A stretch of DNA of 64,000 nucleotides, from contig NC_058368.1 in the NCBI RefSeq assembly GCF_018350175.1, forward strand, positions 149,298,001 through 149,362,000, given 5' to 3'. The notes below the pieces were generated by a model. It was not told the DNA's origin. It was given only the letters and a program-made list of their open reading frames with translations, and did not search any database. Positions within the stretch are counted from its first letter, which is position 1. Each line of letters begins with the position of its first letter. Origin of the DNA: Felis catus. Lineage: Eukaryota. Below, piece by piece: positions 38,430 through 50,605 of this stretch. The position numbers were made by a program, and so were the translations under genes.

Positions 38430-39579
38430 AAGACACAGAAAGCTGGACAAGGAGAATAGTGGAAAGAGCACCTTTGATCACAGGTGAAAAGGGAATCTCC
38501 TTTTTCTTTTTCTTTCTTGCTCTTTTTTTTTCTTTTTTTTTTCTTTCCTAAAAACAGTTATCCCAAAGCAACACCTATCCATAGTTTAGAATTGAATATG
38601 GGATTGATTCTTCACCATTGTCCTTGAAATCAACATGCTTGATGACCAAGTGTATAGAAATATTTATAAGGCCTCTTGTACCCTTGATCTTTGCTAATAT
38701 GTAACCTGGTTGATTTGCCTTACAGTGTTATGTAAAGTAACATAAGAGCACTTAGTTGTCTTAAAGTATCCATGAGGCCAAACAAGATTATCACAAAAAA
38801 ATTAGTTACTGAGAAAAGGTGCTGGAGAAAGAGGGTATGTCTTTGGTGGTTTAAGGAGACTATATGTATGACTGACAATTGTCATTAGTACTTGAATAAA
38901 AATGTCTTAGGAGTATTATGCAAACCTATAAATTTGCCATTTTGGAGGCTCTTCGTTTTAAGGTAAATTCTTTTGCAATTCAATTAAATCTTTTATTTCA
39001 CACTCATTGCAGGAGTATGGTAATTCTTAAGTGGTTTCTGAACTAAGAAATAAAGTGATATAAGTATAAACATTTTTAACATCTTCAAAGTGAGCAAAAT
39101 CAATACAAATGGACAGATTTGGGCTGAAATGGAATTAAGAGCAATCCTACAGAGAGAGAAAGGGGAGAAAGGGGGAAAAAAGCCCCACTAAATGGAGGTT
39201 GAGAAAAGTGAGTTCCTGGCAGCTTAAAAGAAACCTCTCAGGTATCAGCAAACATAGAAATCCAGTTCCCTATCTCTGGTCCCCCACCCCACTATCTCTA
39301 CACCTCTGTCTTCCACTCATTTTTCATGGAGCCTGCTCTCTATCCCCCCTGGTTTTTGCCTTCATCACCATCTTTACTTTTTCTTCATTCTTCCCTGATT
39401 GGTAGAAGAAATGTCATGCTAACTGTACATGCAAACTTGGGCATCCTTAGTCTGCCACAGTAGACAACTGCTTTCTATGTGTCTTGTCATGAACGTGGTC
39501 TTTGAGCAGTTGAGCTTCCTGAGAGACCGCAAACATCATGAGACAGGATTCATTTTGGGAACAATGCACTGCGTTTCTG

Positions 39580-39730
39580 GTGGAGGAAGCCTGCAGTAGG
39601 CTTTTGAAAACCTGGGTCCTAGTCTCTGCTCTTCAACTTAGTGACCTTGGACAAGCAAGTCTTCATTTCCAGGTTTCAATTCTTGGTCTCTGAAATGATT
39701 GTACCAGATTGGGAAGTATTTTCATTGAAT
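39580..39730 (+). mobile_element. MIR fragment
   Basis: AACCTGGGTCCTAGTCTCTGCTCT...GTGACCTTGGACAAG. Confidence 0.6.
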
Positions 39731-42700
39731 TTTCTCTGTATATAAAACAAAGCTATTGAGATCTCCCACCCAAAATCTTTACCTCCTTAAATTCTGTCTT
39801 TGAAACAATACCTCATCTAACTGAAATTCTGCCCAAGGGTTGTCTTTTAGATTGAAGAATAAAATAGTTTAGTAGTAGAAGTAGGAGACCAGGGATTTTT
39901 TTTTCCCTGCAAATAAGGTTATCTTGGGTAAAGAGAAGTGGTTTAAAAATTACAAACTTTCTGGAACAGGCAAATTAGGGTGGTGTGGCTACTGTTACAG
40001 AAGGAGCAGATACATACTTACATAATGTGGTTTGTTCTTTGTTTAGTTTTTGGCAGGATAACCAGAAATCCCAGTTGTGCAGATGTTCTTAATCATTCTG
40101 TTTTATTGGATGCTGTATCACATGGAGGAAGTTAGATGCTCATACACTAACCTCACCATCACATTAATTCACATACAGTTATTTCCAAATGATAAACTGT
40201 GTTTGATACATTGTAATAAGATAACAGACGTAAATTGCTGACTGCTTGTAGCACAAGTCTAAGGATTTATTTTCTATTAAGGGAAATTCTTTCCTTACTA
40301 AGGGCTAGAAGAAACCTGAAACAGAAGAAGGCTTTTGGATGAAAAGGCAGCCTAGAGACGTATGTCTATGCTATCTTTGCACATTAACATAATTGAAAGG
40401 AGAAACAATTGTGACTGTATGAAAACCAACATCCTTCCTGTGAGGGAATTTCCAGAGACTGTGTTTGCTAGAAAAACAAATAGTTTGCTAAACTTGAGCC
40501 AGACCTGTTGGATGACACTTGTTTGGACAAAACAAACAAACAAACAAACAAAAAAAACCCACCTTGATATTATCTATGAACATAATCTATAATATAACCC
40601 ATGATATGTGAAAATTTGAGCCCATTAGTAGTTCTGCATTGTGTACTGTGTGCACCTATATATATATATAATGGTGGTGGCAGCTGGCATACAAGAAGTA
40701 TTGGTGTGTTAAATAATGTTAAAAGGTTCCCATGTTTGTTGCCAAAATACTGTCCTACTGAATTTTCTTGGTAAATACTGCCCCCTTCAGTTCATTCTGG
40801 GGGCGTGCATGGTAGTAAATGGATAACAGCGTTTCCCTGGGCTGTGTTAAACTCTGGGATGATAGGACCTTATTGTTCACATGCACAGTGGTAATTCTTT
40901 CCCACGCATTCTTTTCACATGAGAACACGTGTATTTCAGTTAACCAGGAACCAAAACCAATATCCCTGTAAAGGAAATGATTGACAGATGATTTAGTGGC
41001 ATTATGTGATTTTGAAGCTTGTGTAAATTTCCTTCCAAAATCATTGCAAAGAAATCCTATGGGCCCATTTGAATTAACACAAATAAAAGTCAGTATACAT
41101 TAAATATATAAAAACGTATATCCTTCCATACTCCAAAGTCATTTAAGGTAAAGGCTAAAATTATGAGAATCCTATTGCTCTAGGGGCAGAGAGAAATATA
41201 AGCTGGAGGGCATTAAGTTTATCCAACCTTCATTACTGGTTTAGTATCTTCAGCCATTCAGTTATCTCCACAGTATTCTATGTATCAAGAAGGCCAGGAT
41301 ATTACATAAAAGACTCCTTGTTTTTTGTTTTGTAGTAAGGCTTAGGAGAACTTCTGAGAGAATTGAGAAGAAACCAGTATTTTTACAAAGATGATATAAC
41401 ATGATATTTAAAAATGACTTTTATTAATCATTTTTAACAACAACAAATATAATGGTAGAAATTTTGAACTACTCCTTGTAGGTCTAGGAAATTAGTGATT
41501 TCATAAAACATTCCACAGATTTAGAACAACCTTGAAAATAGCTTCCAGAAGGCAAAAGGCACACATATAAAGTTGTCACTAGGCAACACTCTATTGCATA
41601 AGTATTTTGTTGGCTTGTTCATACTGTATTAAGTTTCAACAGACTAATAAAATTTAAACCTAGCTCTACATTTAATTCTGGAATTTTCAAAAACAGACTT
41701 TCAAAGACATGAGGCCAACACTATAGACAGCATGTTTTATATAATGGAAGATAAAAAAGACAGCGTTTATTTTTCACAAGAGATACAGATAGAAGATGAA
41801 AGGAACATGTTAAATTGCTTTGGTCTCTAATGCCCTTTCTAAATTTTGATAACTTGATTGTCTTTGGCACAGTGATCAAAGATAAATATTTTATCCACTC
41901 CTGCTGAATTTGTATCATAACATCAGTGTTTGTAGGGTTTTATAATATATAATGGAAAACTACAAAAAAAATTGTGTATCATTTGTATCTGTACACTTAC
42001 TTTGGGATATCTCACAAAACAAAGGGCTTAAATCCAATATGGCCATATGGGGGACAATTACCATATTTCAAAAAAGCCAAAGGTGCCGGGTAGTAACTTG
42101 AAAAAACAATGGTGTCAATTTTGTGAAGTGTGAGATTTAAAAAAATCACTTGCATAGAAGAATTTTTCCTCTAAGACTCATTCCAGAAATAATTGATAAT
42201 GATGCTAACATAATTTAAAATCTCTTAAAATGAACCGTTGTGGGTATAGCTATCACTATTTTTAATCCTAATAGCTAGAAGTTTGTAGACTTTGAGCATT
42301 TTTCTGTACTGTAACTATATAATTTGTGGTTGTAACATTTGAAAAGTAATGTTATGTAACCCTTAAAAGATGGCCTAAATAAATCCACAAATACACTAGG
42401 CTTTATGGGGCTGACTGATGGCTTGAGCCAAGTCCTATCTCCTATCTACCCGCCTTGGACTTCATGTTGCTTTTATATGATACAACTTTCCTTTTTCATA
42501 TTGGAATTTGTTCATATTAAACTTTGTAATAAAATGGGCATATGAACACATGATGTCAACATGGAACACCATGATCCACTCCTAGTCCCACCTTACCATC
42601 AAAAGGATTTCCTAGAGATGTACTTTTAAAAATGAAAAATTTCCCAGACTGAAGCAAACAAACAGATTGAATATGATATGCTGAATTTTTCATCCAAGTA

Positions 42701-43059
42701 CTGGCATCTTTGGAACAGAAATCTGTCAGCAGTGAGATTTTATTTATTCACTCAGTTGTAGACCAAATAACTAGGTTAATTTATACTATATACCCAAACA
42801 TGTATTAAGGTATCTGAATGTATCTGAATATGGAATAGGTACATACATATATGTATACATACACACACGAGTCATATTTATATGTATACATAGGTATAAA
42901 CACATGGCAATGCTGATAGCTATTTTTAACAGTAAGCTTCAAGAACTCAAATGTAGCACCAGAATGAGTGCTCCAGATGACTTACCAACTAATGATCTTT
43001 CCTGGGACATTACTAGAGAATTGACCTATTATAAAACCCAAATGGTGGAGTAATTTTAG

Positions 43060-43480
43060 GGAAATGGCAAAGGCTTTGGCATTAGTACACTTGGATGCCT
43101 GCAATAACTTCATGACTCACGAGCTAAGTAAACTTAGATTGTCTAACCCCTTTGAACTTATGGTACTTTAACTGTATAACAGAGATCACATTACCTATTT
43201 TATTGGTTTTCAGAGAACCACACAGCATGAAATAATAGATTGACAGAGAATGGTATATAATAATACTTGTGCATATTGTTACTGAGAATTAAAGAGAGTC
43301 ATGGGAGATCATGAAGTCTATGGGTTTGAAGTATGGGCTCCAGGGTCAGACAGACCTGGGTTTGAACCTCAGTTCAGCACCTTCCTGGCTGCATGAACTT
43401 TGGCAAGTGACTTAGGTAGGTAAGTCTGTTTTTTAATTTTATTTATGAGATGGGAATAATAATACCTTACAATATGGTTA
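43060..43480 (+). mobile_element. Two MIR fragments
   Basis: GTCAGACAGACCTGGGTTTGAACCTCAGTTC...GAACTTTGGCAAGTGACTTA (43345-43415), plus an upstream degenerate copy. Confidence 0.6.
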
Positions 43481-43754
43481 TAATATAAACAAGAGGGTAG
43501 GTAACCCTTGTTTGATGTAAAGTAAGGGCTGTATAAGTGACAGTTACTGTAATTTTCTCTTCCACCAGTAATAAGGCTGACACAGGATAAACCATCATTA
43601 GTAAAAGAATAATTATTTGAAGGGTATGTTGGCAAGTTAAAATTATTTTTGATATGTTGGAGCACTATCCATCACTAAAAAGATAAAATTAAATGGAGAT
43701 GAATGTAAAGTCCTTGATACAAGTTTAAGAAAAAAGGTTAAAAATACAAAATGA

Positions 43755-44086
43755 GAAGATGAACCTTGCAAACATGATGCTAACTGAAAGAAGTTAGTCA
43801 GAAAAGACTACATATTCTGTGACTCTGTTTGTATGAATTTTCTGGAATAGGCAAATTAATACGAAATTAAAGGAGTACAGTGATGGCTTAGGGCTTAGCG
43901 GGGATGCAGGTAGAGGAAATAGGATTCACTACTGATGGGAACACAGTTTCTTTCATGGGGTACAGACATGTTACAGAATAATACAGTAGTCATGGTTACA
44001 CAACCCCGTAACTTTGCTTAAAAAAATGAATTGTACACTTGAAGTGCTAACTTTGGTGAGTGCATTATATCTCAATAAAATTATTT
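43755..44086 (+). mobile_element. Old L1 (L1MB-like) 3' end
   Basis: GATGAACCTTGCAAACATGATGCTAACTGAAAGAAG...GAATAGGCAAAT...TTATATCTCAATAAA. Confidence 0.8.
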
Positions 44087-44101
44087 TAAAAATAAGATTG
44101 A

Positions 44102-45262
44102 TGGCACAAAAACAGACACATAGACCAATGGAATAGAATAGAAACCCCAGAACTAGACCCACAAACGTATGGCCAACTCATCTTTGACAAAGCAGGAAAG
44201 AACATCCAATGGAAAAAAGACAGCCTCTTTAACAAATGGTGCTGGGAGAACTGGACAGCAACATGCAGAAGGTTGAAACTAGACCACTTTCTCCCACCAT
44301 TCACAAAAATAAACTCAAAATGGATAAAGGACCTGAATGTGAGACAGGAAACCATCAAAACCTTAGAGGAGAAAGCAGGAAAAGACCTCTCTGACCTCAG
44401 CCGTAGCAATCTCTTACTCGACACATCCCCAAAGGCAAGGGAATTAAAAGCAAAAGTGAATTACTGGGACCTTATGAAGATAAAAAGCTTCTGCACAGCA
44501 AAGGAAACAACCAACAAAACTAAAAGGCAACCAACGGAATGGGAAAAGATATTCGCAAATGACATATCGGACAAAGGGCTAGTATCCAAAATCTATAAAG
44601 AGCTCACCAAACTCCACACCCGAAAAACAAATAACCCAGTGAAGAAATGGGCAGAAAACATGAATAGACACTTCTCTAAAGAAGACATCTGGATGGCCAA
44701 CAGGCACATGAAAAGATGTTCAGCATCGCTCCTTATCAGGGAAATACAAATCAAAACCACACACAGGTATCACCTCACGCCAGTCAGAGTGGCCAAAATG
44801 AACAAATCAGGAGACTATAGATGCTGGAGAGGATGTGGAGAAACGGGAACCCTCTTGCACTGTTGGTGGGAATGCAAATTGGTGCAGCCGCTCTGGAAAG
44901 CAGTGTGGAGGTTCCTCAGAAAATTAAAAATAGACCTACCCTATGACCCAGCAATAGCACTGCTAGGAATTTATCCAAGGGATACAGGAGTACTGATGCA
45001 TAGGGCCACTTGTACCCCAATGTTCATAGCAGCACTCTCAACAATAGCCAAATTATGGAAAGAGCCTAAATGTTCATCAACTGATGAATGGATAAAGAAA
45101 TTGTGGTTTATATACACAATGGAATATTACGTGGCAATGAGAAAAAATGAAATATGGCCTTTTGTAGCAACGTGGATGGAACTGGAGAGTGTGATGCTAA
45201 GTGAAATAAGCCATACAGAGAAAGACCGATACCATATGGTTTCACTCTTATGTGGATCCTGA
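44102..45262 (+). pseudogene. L1 ORF2p C-terminal 386 codons (no EN/RT domains; retains the Cys-rich CCHC region)
   Basis: In frame [30 protein letters not shown]...[25 protein letters not shown]...CGS*; continuous with ORF track 44273-45262. Confidence 0.95.
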
Positions 45263-45489
45263 GAAACTTAACAGGAACCCATGGGGGAGGGGAAGGAAAA
45301 AAAAAAACAGGTTAGAGTGGGAGAGAGCCAAAGCATAAGAGACTGTTAAAAACTGAGAACAAACTGAGGGTTGATGGTGGGTGGGAGGGAGGAGAGGGTG
45401 GGTGATGGGTTTTGAGGAGGGCACCTTTTGGGATGAGCACTGGGTGTTGTATGGAAACCAATTTGTCAATAAATCTCATATAAAAAAAA
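44102..45489 (+). mobile_element. Young 5'-truncated felid L1 (L1_Fc-like), 1.39 kb
   Basis: Uninterrupted ORF2 C-terminal frame, G-rich 3'UTR, AATAAA and A tail; perfect 15-bp TSD TAAAAATAAGATTGA (44087-44101 / 45490-45504). Confidence 0.98.
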
Positions 45490-45504
45490 TAAAAATAAGA
45501 TTGA

Positions 45505-45700
45505 GAGGCTCCTGAATGACTCAGTCAGTTAAGTCCCCAGCTCTGGATTTTGGCTCAGGTCACGGTTTCACAGTTTGTGGGTGAGCCCTGCATCATGCTG
45601 GCAGTGCTGACCTTGCTTGGAATGTCTCTCTCCCTCTTCCTTAGCCCCTGAAGGAAATGCGTGTGCACTCCCTCTCTCAAATTAAATAAAATTTGAAAAA
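45505..45700 (+). mobile_element. Older CanSINE
   Basis: GAGGCTCCTGAATGACTCAGTCAGTTAAG...TTTTGGCTCAGGTCAC..., (CT)-rich region, A-rich tail. Confidence 0.88.
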
Positions 45701-45729
45701 ATGAGGTTTGGATAAAATGTAGAGAGATT

Positions 45730-45950
45730 TAACTTTACACCATGTTCAACAAGAGGCATTGTTCAAAGTTTCTGAAATTTAGAGGTGTTCAAAGATATAA
45801 TGGATTCCACCAGACCTAATGACTTTGCTGTCGCAGGAAGCATTAGACTATGGCCTGCCTGGCAGGGGAATCAACAGGGATTTGAACATAGAATGACCAT
45901 TGGGTTTAGATGATCTTTGAGGTTATACTCAACTCCAAAATTCTGATTCA
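45730..45950 (+). mobile_element. MIR3/L3 3' end fragment
   Basis: TTAGATGATCTTTGAGGTTATACTCAACTCCAAAATTCTGATTC is the CR1-type terminus. Confidence 0.55.
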
Positions 45951-46053
45951 GCAATTTTGTGATCAGTATGGCAAGACTGCCAGAAAAGCTGATGGAATCC
46001 AGATTGAATCAGTACAAGTCCCGTTGCGGTATTTCTGTTCAGACTTCTGAGAG

Positions 46054-47121
46054 TAGAGTGGATCCAGGTTCTGTAGAGAATAAAACTTAGACAATTTTGA
46101 GCCTTTTAAAAATTACAGATTAAAAATTCAAACTAAATATAAAAATGAGAAATCCCAAATGGTAAGCTGACAAATGCCACAAATTTAACAAAACTTAAAA
46201 ATAAAATTTCAAGGGCACCTGGGTGGCTCAACCAGTTGAGCATCTGATGTTAGATTTCAGTTCAGGTCAAGATCTCAGAGTCATGATACTGAATCCCACA
46301 TTGAGCTCTGTGCTGAGTGTGGAGCTTGGTTAAGATTCATTCTCTCCTTCTCTCTCCTTCTCTCTCTCTCCCTCTCCTCCCTCCCTCCCTCCCTATCTCT
46401 CTCTCTTGCCCCCCTCCTTCTACCCTGCTCACATGCTGTCTCTCTCTCTAAAGTAAGTTTAAAAAATAAAATTGCATTAACTACCTGACACATTTCTACA
46501 ATGTGTTGACCATACAGCCTAGCTTACCTCTCTATATAAAAAGCAGTTTGTAGATGAATTAATTCAGCCTTCTAGCATGGTTTATTGAAATGTTATTATT
46601 GATTACTTAGGAAGTTTTTTTTTTTTGTTAGCTTCACAAGTCAGTGGTAATGTGGTCTAAATGTTTAGGATTATTGGCAACTTTAGATAATCTATTCTTA
46701 AGTCTCATTCATATATGAGCTGCAAGATTCCAGTCATTTCAAGTTTTATTAAACACTCACTAATTTTAAATACCCTCTGAACTGATGATATTCATGAACC
46801 AGGTTGTCTTCAATTTTCTCAAGTTAGGATGCCAGGAGTTGGCATAGAAAAACACACATGTATATCCCACTAAACCTCTGAAAGATATCTCCAACTAGCA
46901 AAATCCAAAAACACCTGTGGCATTTTCCAAAGCCACCGGACATTTTCACCTAAAGTAGGAGAAGTTAGTCTTAATCAACTAGGATTTAAATATCTTACCT
47001 TAGTTAGTTTTAGAAAACATAATCCTGTGTAAACACACTGCTCAGTGATCCCCCAAGACTGTGGAAGCAGCCTGTACAGGTGTAGCCTAAAGCCCTTAGC
47101 ATCGTGGTAAATCCTCCTCTG
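46054..47121. mobile_element. Zaphod/MER115-like hAT-Tip100 DNA transposon
   Basis: Ends TAGAGTGGATCCAGGTTCTGT and GGTAAATCCTCCTCTG; internal AAGCTGACAAATGCCACAAA and ATTAACTACCTGACACA match my recalled consensus. Confidence 0.7.
46212..46461 (+). mobile_element. CanSINE inside the hAT element
   Basis: Head AGGGCACCTGGGTGGCTCA; TSD AAAAATAAAATTTCA / AAAAATAAAATTGCA. Confidence 0.93.
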
Positions 47122-47555
47122 TCAGAGGATGGTTTTTAGAGGCAAACCAGCTAGGAGAATGCTAAAACTATGCATGCATCATGAGAAATGTTTGATGGAA
47201 TTGGGGATTTTTAGCCTGGAGCACAAAAGATCTAGGGGGACATTATTGCTGCCTTTAAATATTTGAAGGACTGCCATATAGACCTGTCTTGACAGTCACT
47301 CAGAGTAGCTCTAGAGGACAAAACTAAGAACAATGAGAAGAAGTTGCAAGAAAGGAGATTTCAGCCAACTACAAGAAAGAACTTTGTAAACAATTAAGGT
47401 TGCTCAAACATGGAGTGAATTGCCTTAGGTTGTAATGGGTTCTCTGTCACTCAAAATGTTCTATAGAAGCTGAATGATTACCTGTCAAGAGGAGTGCATT
47501 AGATAAGATTTCTACAATGAATAGATGTTCAGGGTAAAGAACTCCCAAGTTAGAA
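47122..47555 (+). mobile_element. L3/CR1 3' region
   Basis: GAATTGGGGATTTTTAGCCTGGAG (ELGIFSLE), AAATATTTGAAGGACTGCC, GGAGATTTCAGC...AAGAAAGAACTTT. Confidence 0.8.
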
Positions 47556-47989
47556 TTCAGCACCTTCTCAATGTTCCCAAGAGGTTAGATTATCAGAAAA
47601 AACAATAAGCCTTCAATGTATTGTCAAAGTAGCTTATTAAGCAAATTTCAAAATGGAATATTGTAGAATCTTCCATATGTATTGAATCATCTTTCAGAAA
47701 TTATAAAGTTGTATGCCTTAGAATTATCCAATCACATTTGGGCCTATCCTCCAACATCAACTCTGTACTTGGTAGTAACCTAAACCCTGTTCATAACATT
47801 TGCTCATAAATAATTACCAATTGCCTTCTATGTGATAAATACTGATTGGACTTACCATGTTCCAGAAAAGAGAAACAGGTCATGGTCTCTTGCCTCATGT
47901 GGTTTACAGTTAAGTTACATTTCTATGTATAAACAGTTTATATATTGAGAAAAGCCTATGTAGTCTGTGTAATTCTATTAAGTAATAAT

Positions 47990-48200
47990 GTCAAAAGCAT
48001 GAGTTCTCAAGTCAGACAGCCAGAGTTCAAATCCTAACTCACTATATGCATGAACAAGTTAGTTAGCCTCTCTACATTTCTGTTTCTTTGTCTGTGAAAT
48101 GAAGATATTACCTAGCTTATGGGATTACTATGAACAGAAATGAGGTAATGTGTACAAAAGTGAGAGTATCTGGCACATATAAATTATCTGCAAATATTAA
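47990..48200 (+). mobile_element. MIR
   Basis: AGTCAGACAGCCAGAGTTCAAATCCT...CTGTTTCTTTGTCTGTGAAATGAAGATA...CTGGCACATA. Confidence 0.75.
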
Positions 48201-48621
48201 CAATCACAAGTATATGGCGTCCACAGCAGTCTCTTCAGTTCTGTGTGTAGTTAAGAGTCTGTAAAAGTGGTAAGCTGTTAAAACAGAAGGGGCCAAAAGG
48301 GAAACTTCTGTATTTCTAAATCTGGCCTATTCTTCCTTAAAAATATAGTTGACCTTGAATAACACAAGTTTGAACTATGCAGACCCACTTAAGCACAGAC
48401 TTTTCTCAAATACAGTACTATAAATGTGTTTTATTTTCCTTATGATTATCTTAACATCTTTTGTAGCTTTACTGTAAGAATATAGTGTATAATATACAAA
48501 ATATTAACTATTATCAGTAAGTCTTCCAATCAACAGCAGGCTGTTGGTAGATGAGTTTTGGGGGAGTCAAATGTTATACACAGATTTTTCTTTTTTTCCC
48601 TAATTTTTTTAAAGTTTATTT

Positions 48622-48848
48622 ATTTTTTTTTTAAATTTTTTTTCCCAACGTTTATTTATTTTTGGGACAGAGAGAGACAGAGCATGAATGGGGGAGGGGC
48701 AGAGAGAGAGGGAGACACAGAATGGGAAACAGGCTCCCGGCTCTGAGCCATCAGCCCAGAGCCTGACACGGGGCTCGAACTCACGGACCACGAGATCGTG
48801 ACCTGGCTGAAGTCGGACGCTTAACCAACTGCGCCACCCAGGCGCCCA
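48622..48848 (-). mobile_element. Young felid CanSINE inserted in the tail of an older SINE
   Basis: Near-consensus body; TSD TAAAGTTTATTT (48610-48621 / 48849-48860). Confidence 0.97.
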
Positions 48849-49039
48849 TAAAGTTTATTTTTGAGAGAAAGCGAGTGGGTGTGCAAGTGGGGGAGGGGCA
48901 GAGAGAAGGGTACAGAGCATCTGAGGTGGGCCCTGTGCTGAGAGGAGAGAGACTAACACCGAGCTCAAACTCCCAAACCATGAGATCATGACCTGAGCCA
49001 AAGTCAGCCACTTAACTAAGTAAGCCACCCAGGAGTCCC
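48849..49039 (-). mobile_element. Older CanSINE (its tail extends to ~48591)
   Basis: TSD ACACAGATTTTTC (48578-48590 / 49043-49055) brackets both SINEs. Confidence 0.93.
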
Positions 49040-50022
49040 AACACACAGATTTTTCAACTAAGTGTGGGTTCAGTGTCTCTAACCTTAGTGTTTTTCAAGA
49101 GTCAGCTGTACAGAGTATCTGGAATCTATCCAAATAAAAATAACAGGGGGCTAAAATATTAACAATAACTACATAAAACCCTTGTCAATCTCTAAGTGGA
49201 AAGCACATTTCTCAAAAAAAAAAAAAAAAAAAAACGCTTGGTAATGACCCTGTGTAACGATGACCTCGGGTGGTTGCAGAAGGTGGCACTGCTGGGATGT
49301 GGTGAAAACAGCCCCGTGAAGATGGTGGATGCTCCTGAAGGACTCGAAATAGCACTTCTTGGTGAGCATCGCTGAAGCCAATAATTCTTCAGAAACTTTT
49401 TTACAGACAACTGCAATTTTGAAGACTAAAAAAAAAAATGCTTCTGTGATTTCAGCAGTCCTATGGTAACCACCTGACACAGGCTGAATCATGTTTTGAT
49501 CAAAGAATTGAAAGCCATAGTCTTGTGAATGTGAAGGGTATCCTGATTGTGTGTGATTGGATTGAATGCAATTGCAGTGTACCAAAAATGTCAGTTATTT
49601 TGTATTTAGTGTAAAGGTTCTCACAAGCAAGGGATACACAGAAATGATGTTCCTACCACATAAGGAGTTAGTCATTAAAAAAAAAAAGAAAAAAAAGAAA
49701 CCACGTTTTTGATCAGGCCAGGACTCCATTTCCTTGGCATAGCATCCCAGGAAAACACAGGCAAGCTATATGGGAAGGCACAATAGTTACTGTTTCCTAC
49801 TTGGAACCATTTAAGCCAGCCTGACACACACATGCACCAAATACCTAAATACTTATATATTCAGACTGCAACTGTAGCCCCAAACCCTGGTCTGACCTGG
49901 AGCCAGTTTCTGACTCTCCATCTGTTTGGCCTGAACCCTTAGCACATAAAGGCTGTACTGATACCCTTCTGTGACTTGTATTTTCTGGGTCAATCATTAA
50001 TCTGCTTTCTATATTGGCTTCT

Positions 50023-50420
50023 GTGTGTTAGTCACACTTACTCTAACTGCAAGTAACAGGATCCCAGTTCAAACTTTTTTAATGAAAAGGAATTTATTAC
50101 CTCCTATTGAGAAGGGTAGACTAACTTAGTCCTGAGGCTCAAATGATGTTCCAGGAACTTCTCCATCCCTTGCTTCTGCTTTAAGAGTTGGTCTTCCTTT
50201 TCAGCCTCCTTACTGATAGGTGTTGCTGATTGTTGTTTCAATGTTGAGACCTAGAATAAAGCAACTTTGGGGCTGCTGGTTTACCCATACAGTCCTGAGG
50301 TAAGGAATGAGGTGGGGTCCCCACTTTCAGAAGATGTAGACTTAATTTGCAAGAAGGATGGTTTCCTACAAGAAAACTGGGGAGCTTATATTAAAAGAAT
50401 TCTTATGAAAAGAATAGGGC
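50023..50420 (-). mobile_element. Old MaLR LTR (MLT1-like)
   Basis: TGTGTTAGTCA...CTGCAAGTAACAGGATCCCAGTTCAAAC...AAAGGAATTTATT...GAGGCTCAAATGATGT. Confidence 0.55.
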
Positions 50421-50424
50421 AATG

Positions 50425-50605
50425 ATTCTCCAACCTGTGTGTATGTCAGGATGAATAGGAAAGCTTGTTAAAACATTGCTGGGCCCCATTGTCATAGTTT
50501 CTGATGTGTAATGGGTTTGCAAGAAGTTCCATTAATTTGTATTTTAACAAGTTCTTGAGTGTTTGGCTTGATGTGGTCCGTGGACCATAATTGCAGAAGT
50601 GCTAG
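50425..50605. mobile_element. MER5A-like hAT element
   Basis: GATTCTCCAAC...GCTTGTTAAAACATTGCTGGGCCCCA...TTTGTATTTTAACAAGTTC...GGTCCGTGGACCA. Confidence 0.7.

Larger units (their letters stand above)
48346..49108. mobile_element. Tigger2a-like DNA transposon carrying two nested SINEs
   Basis: TA-flanked TIRs TAGTTGACCTTGAATAACAC ... GTGTTTTTCAAGAGTCAGCTG. Confidence 0.8.

Noticed and set aside
44273..45262. 329-aa ORF as a host gene or a novel reverse-transcriptase system
   Set aside because: It is the C-terminus of L1 ORF2p within a TSD-bounded, 5'-truncated insertion, with no promoter, EN or RT domain.
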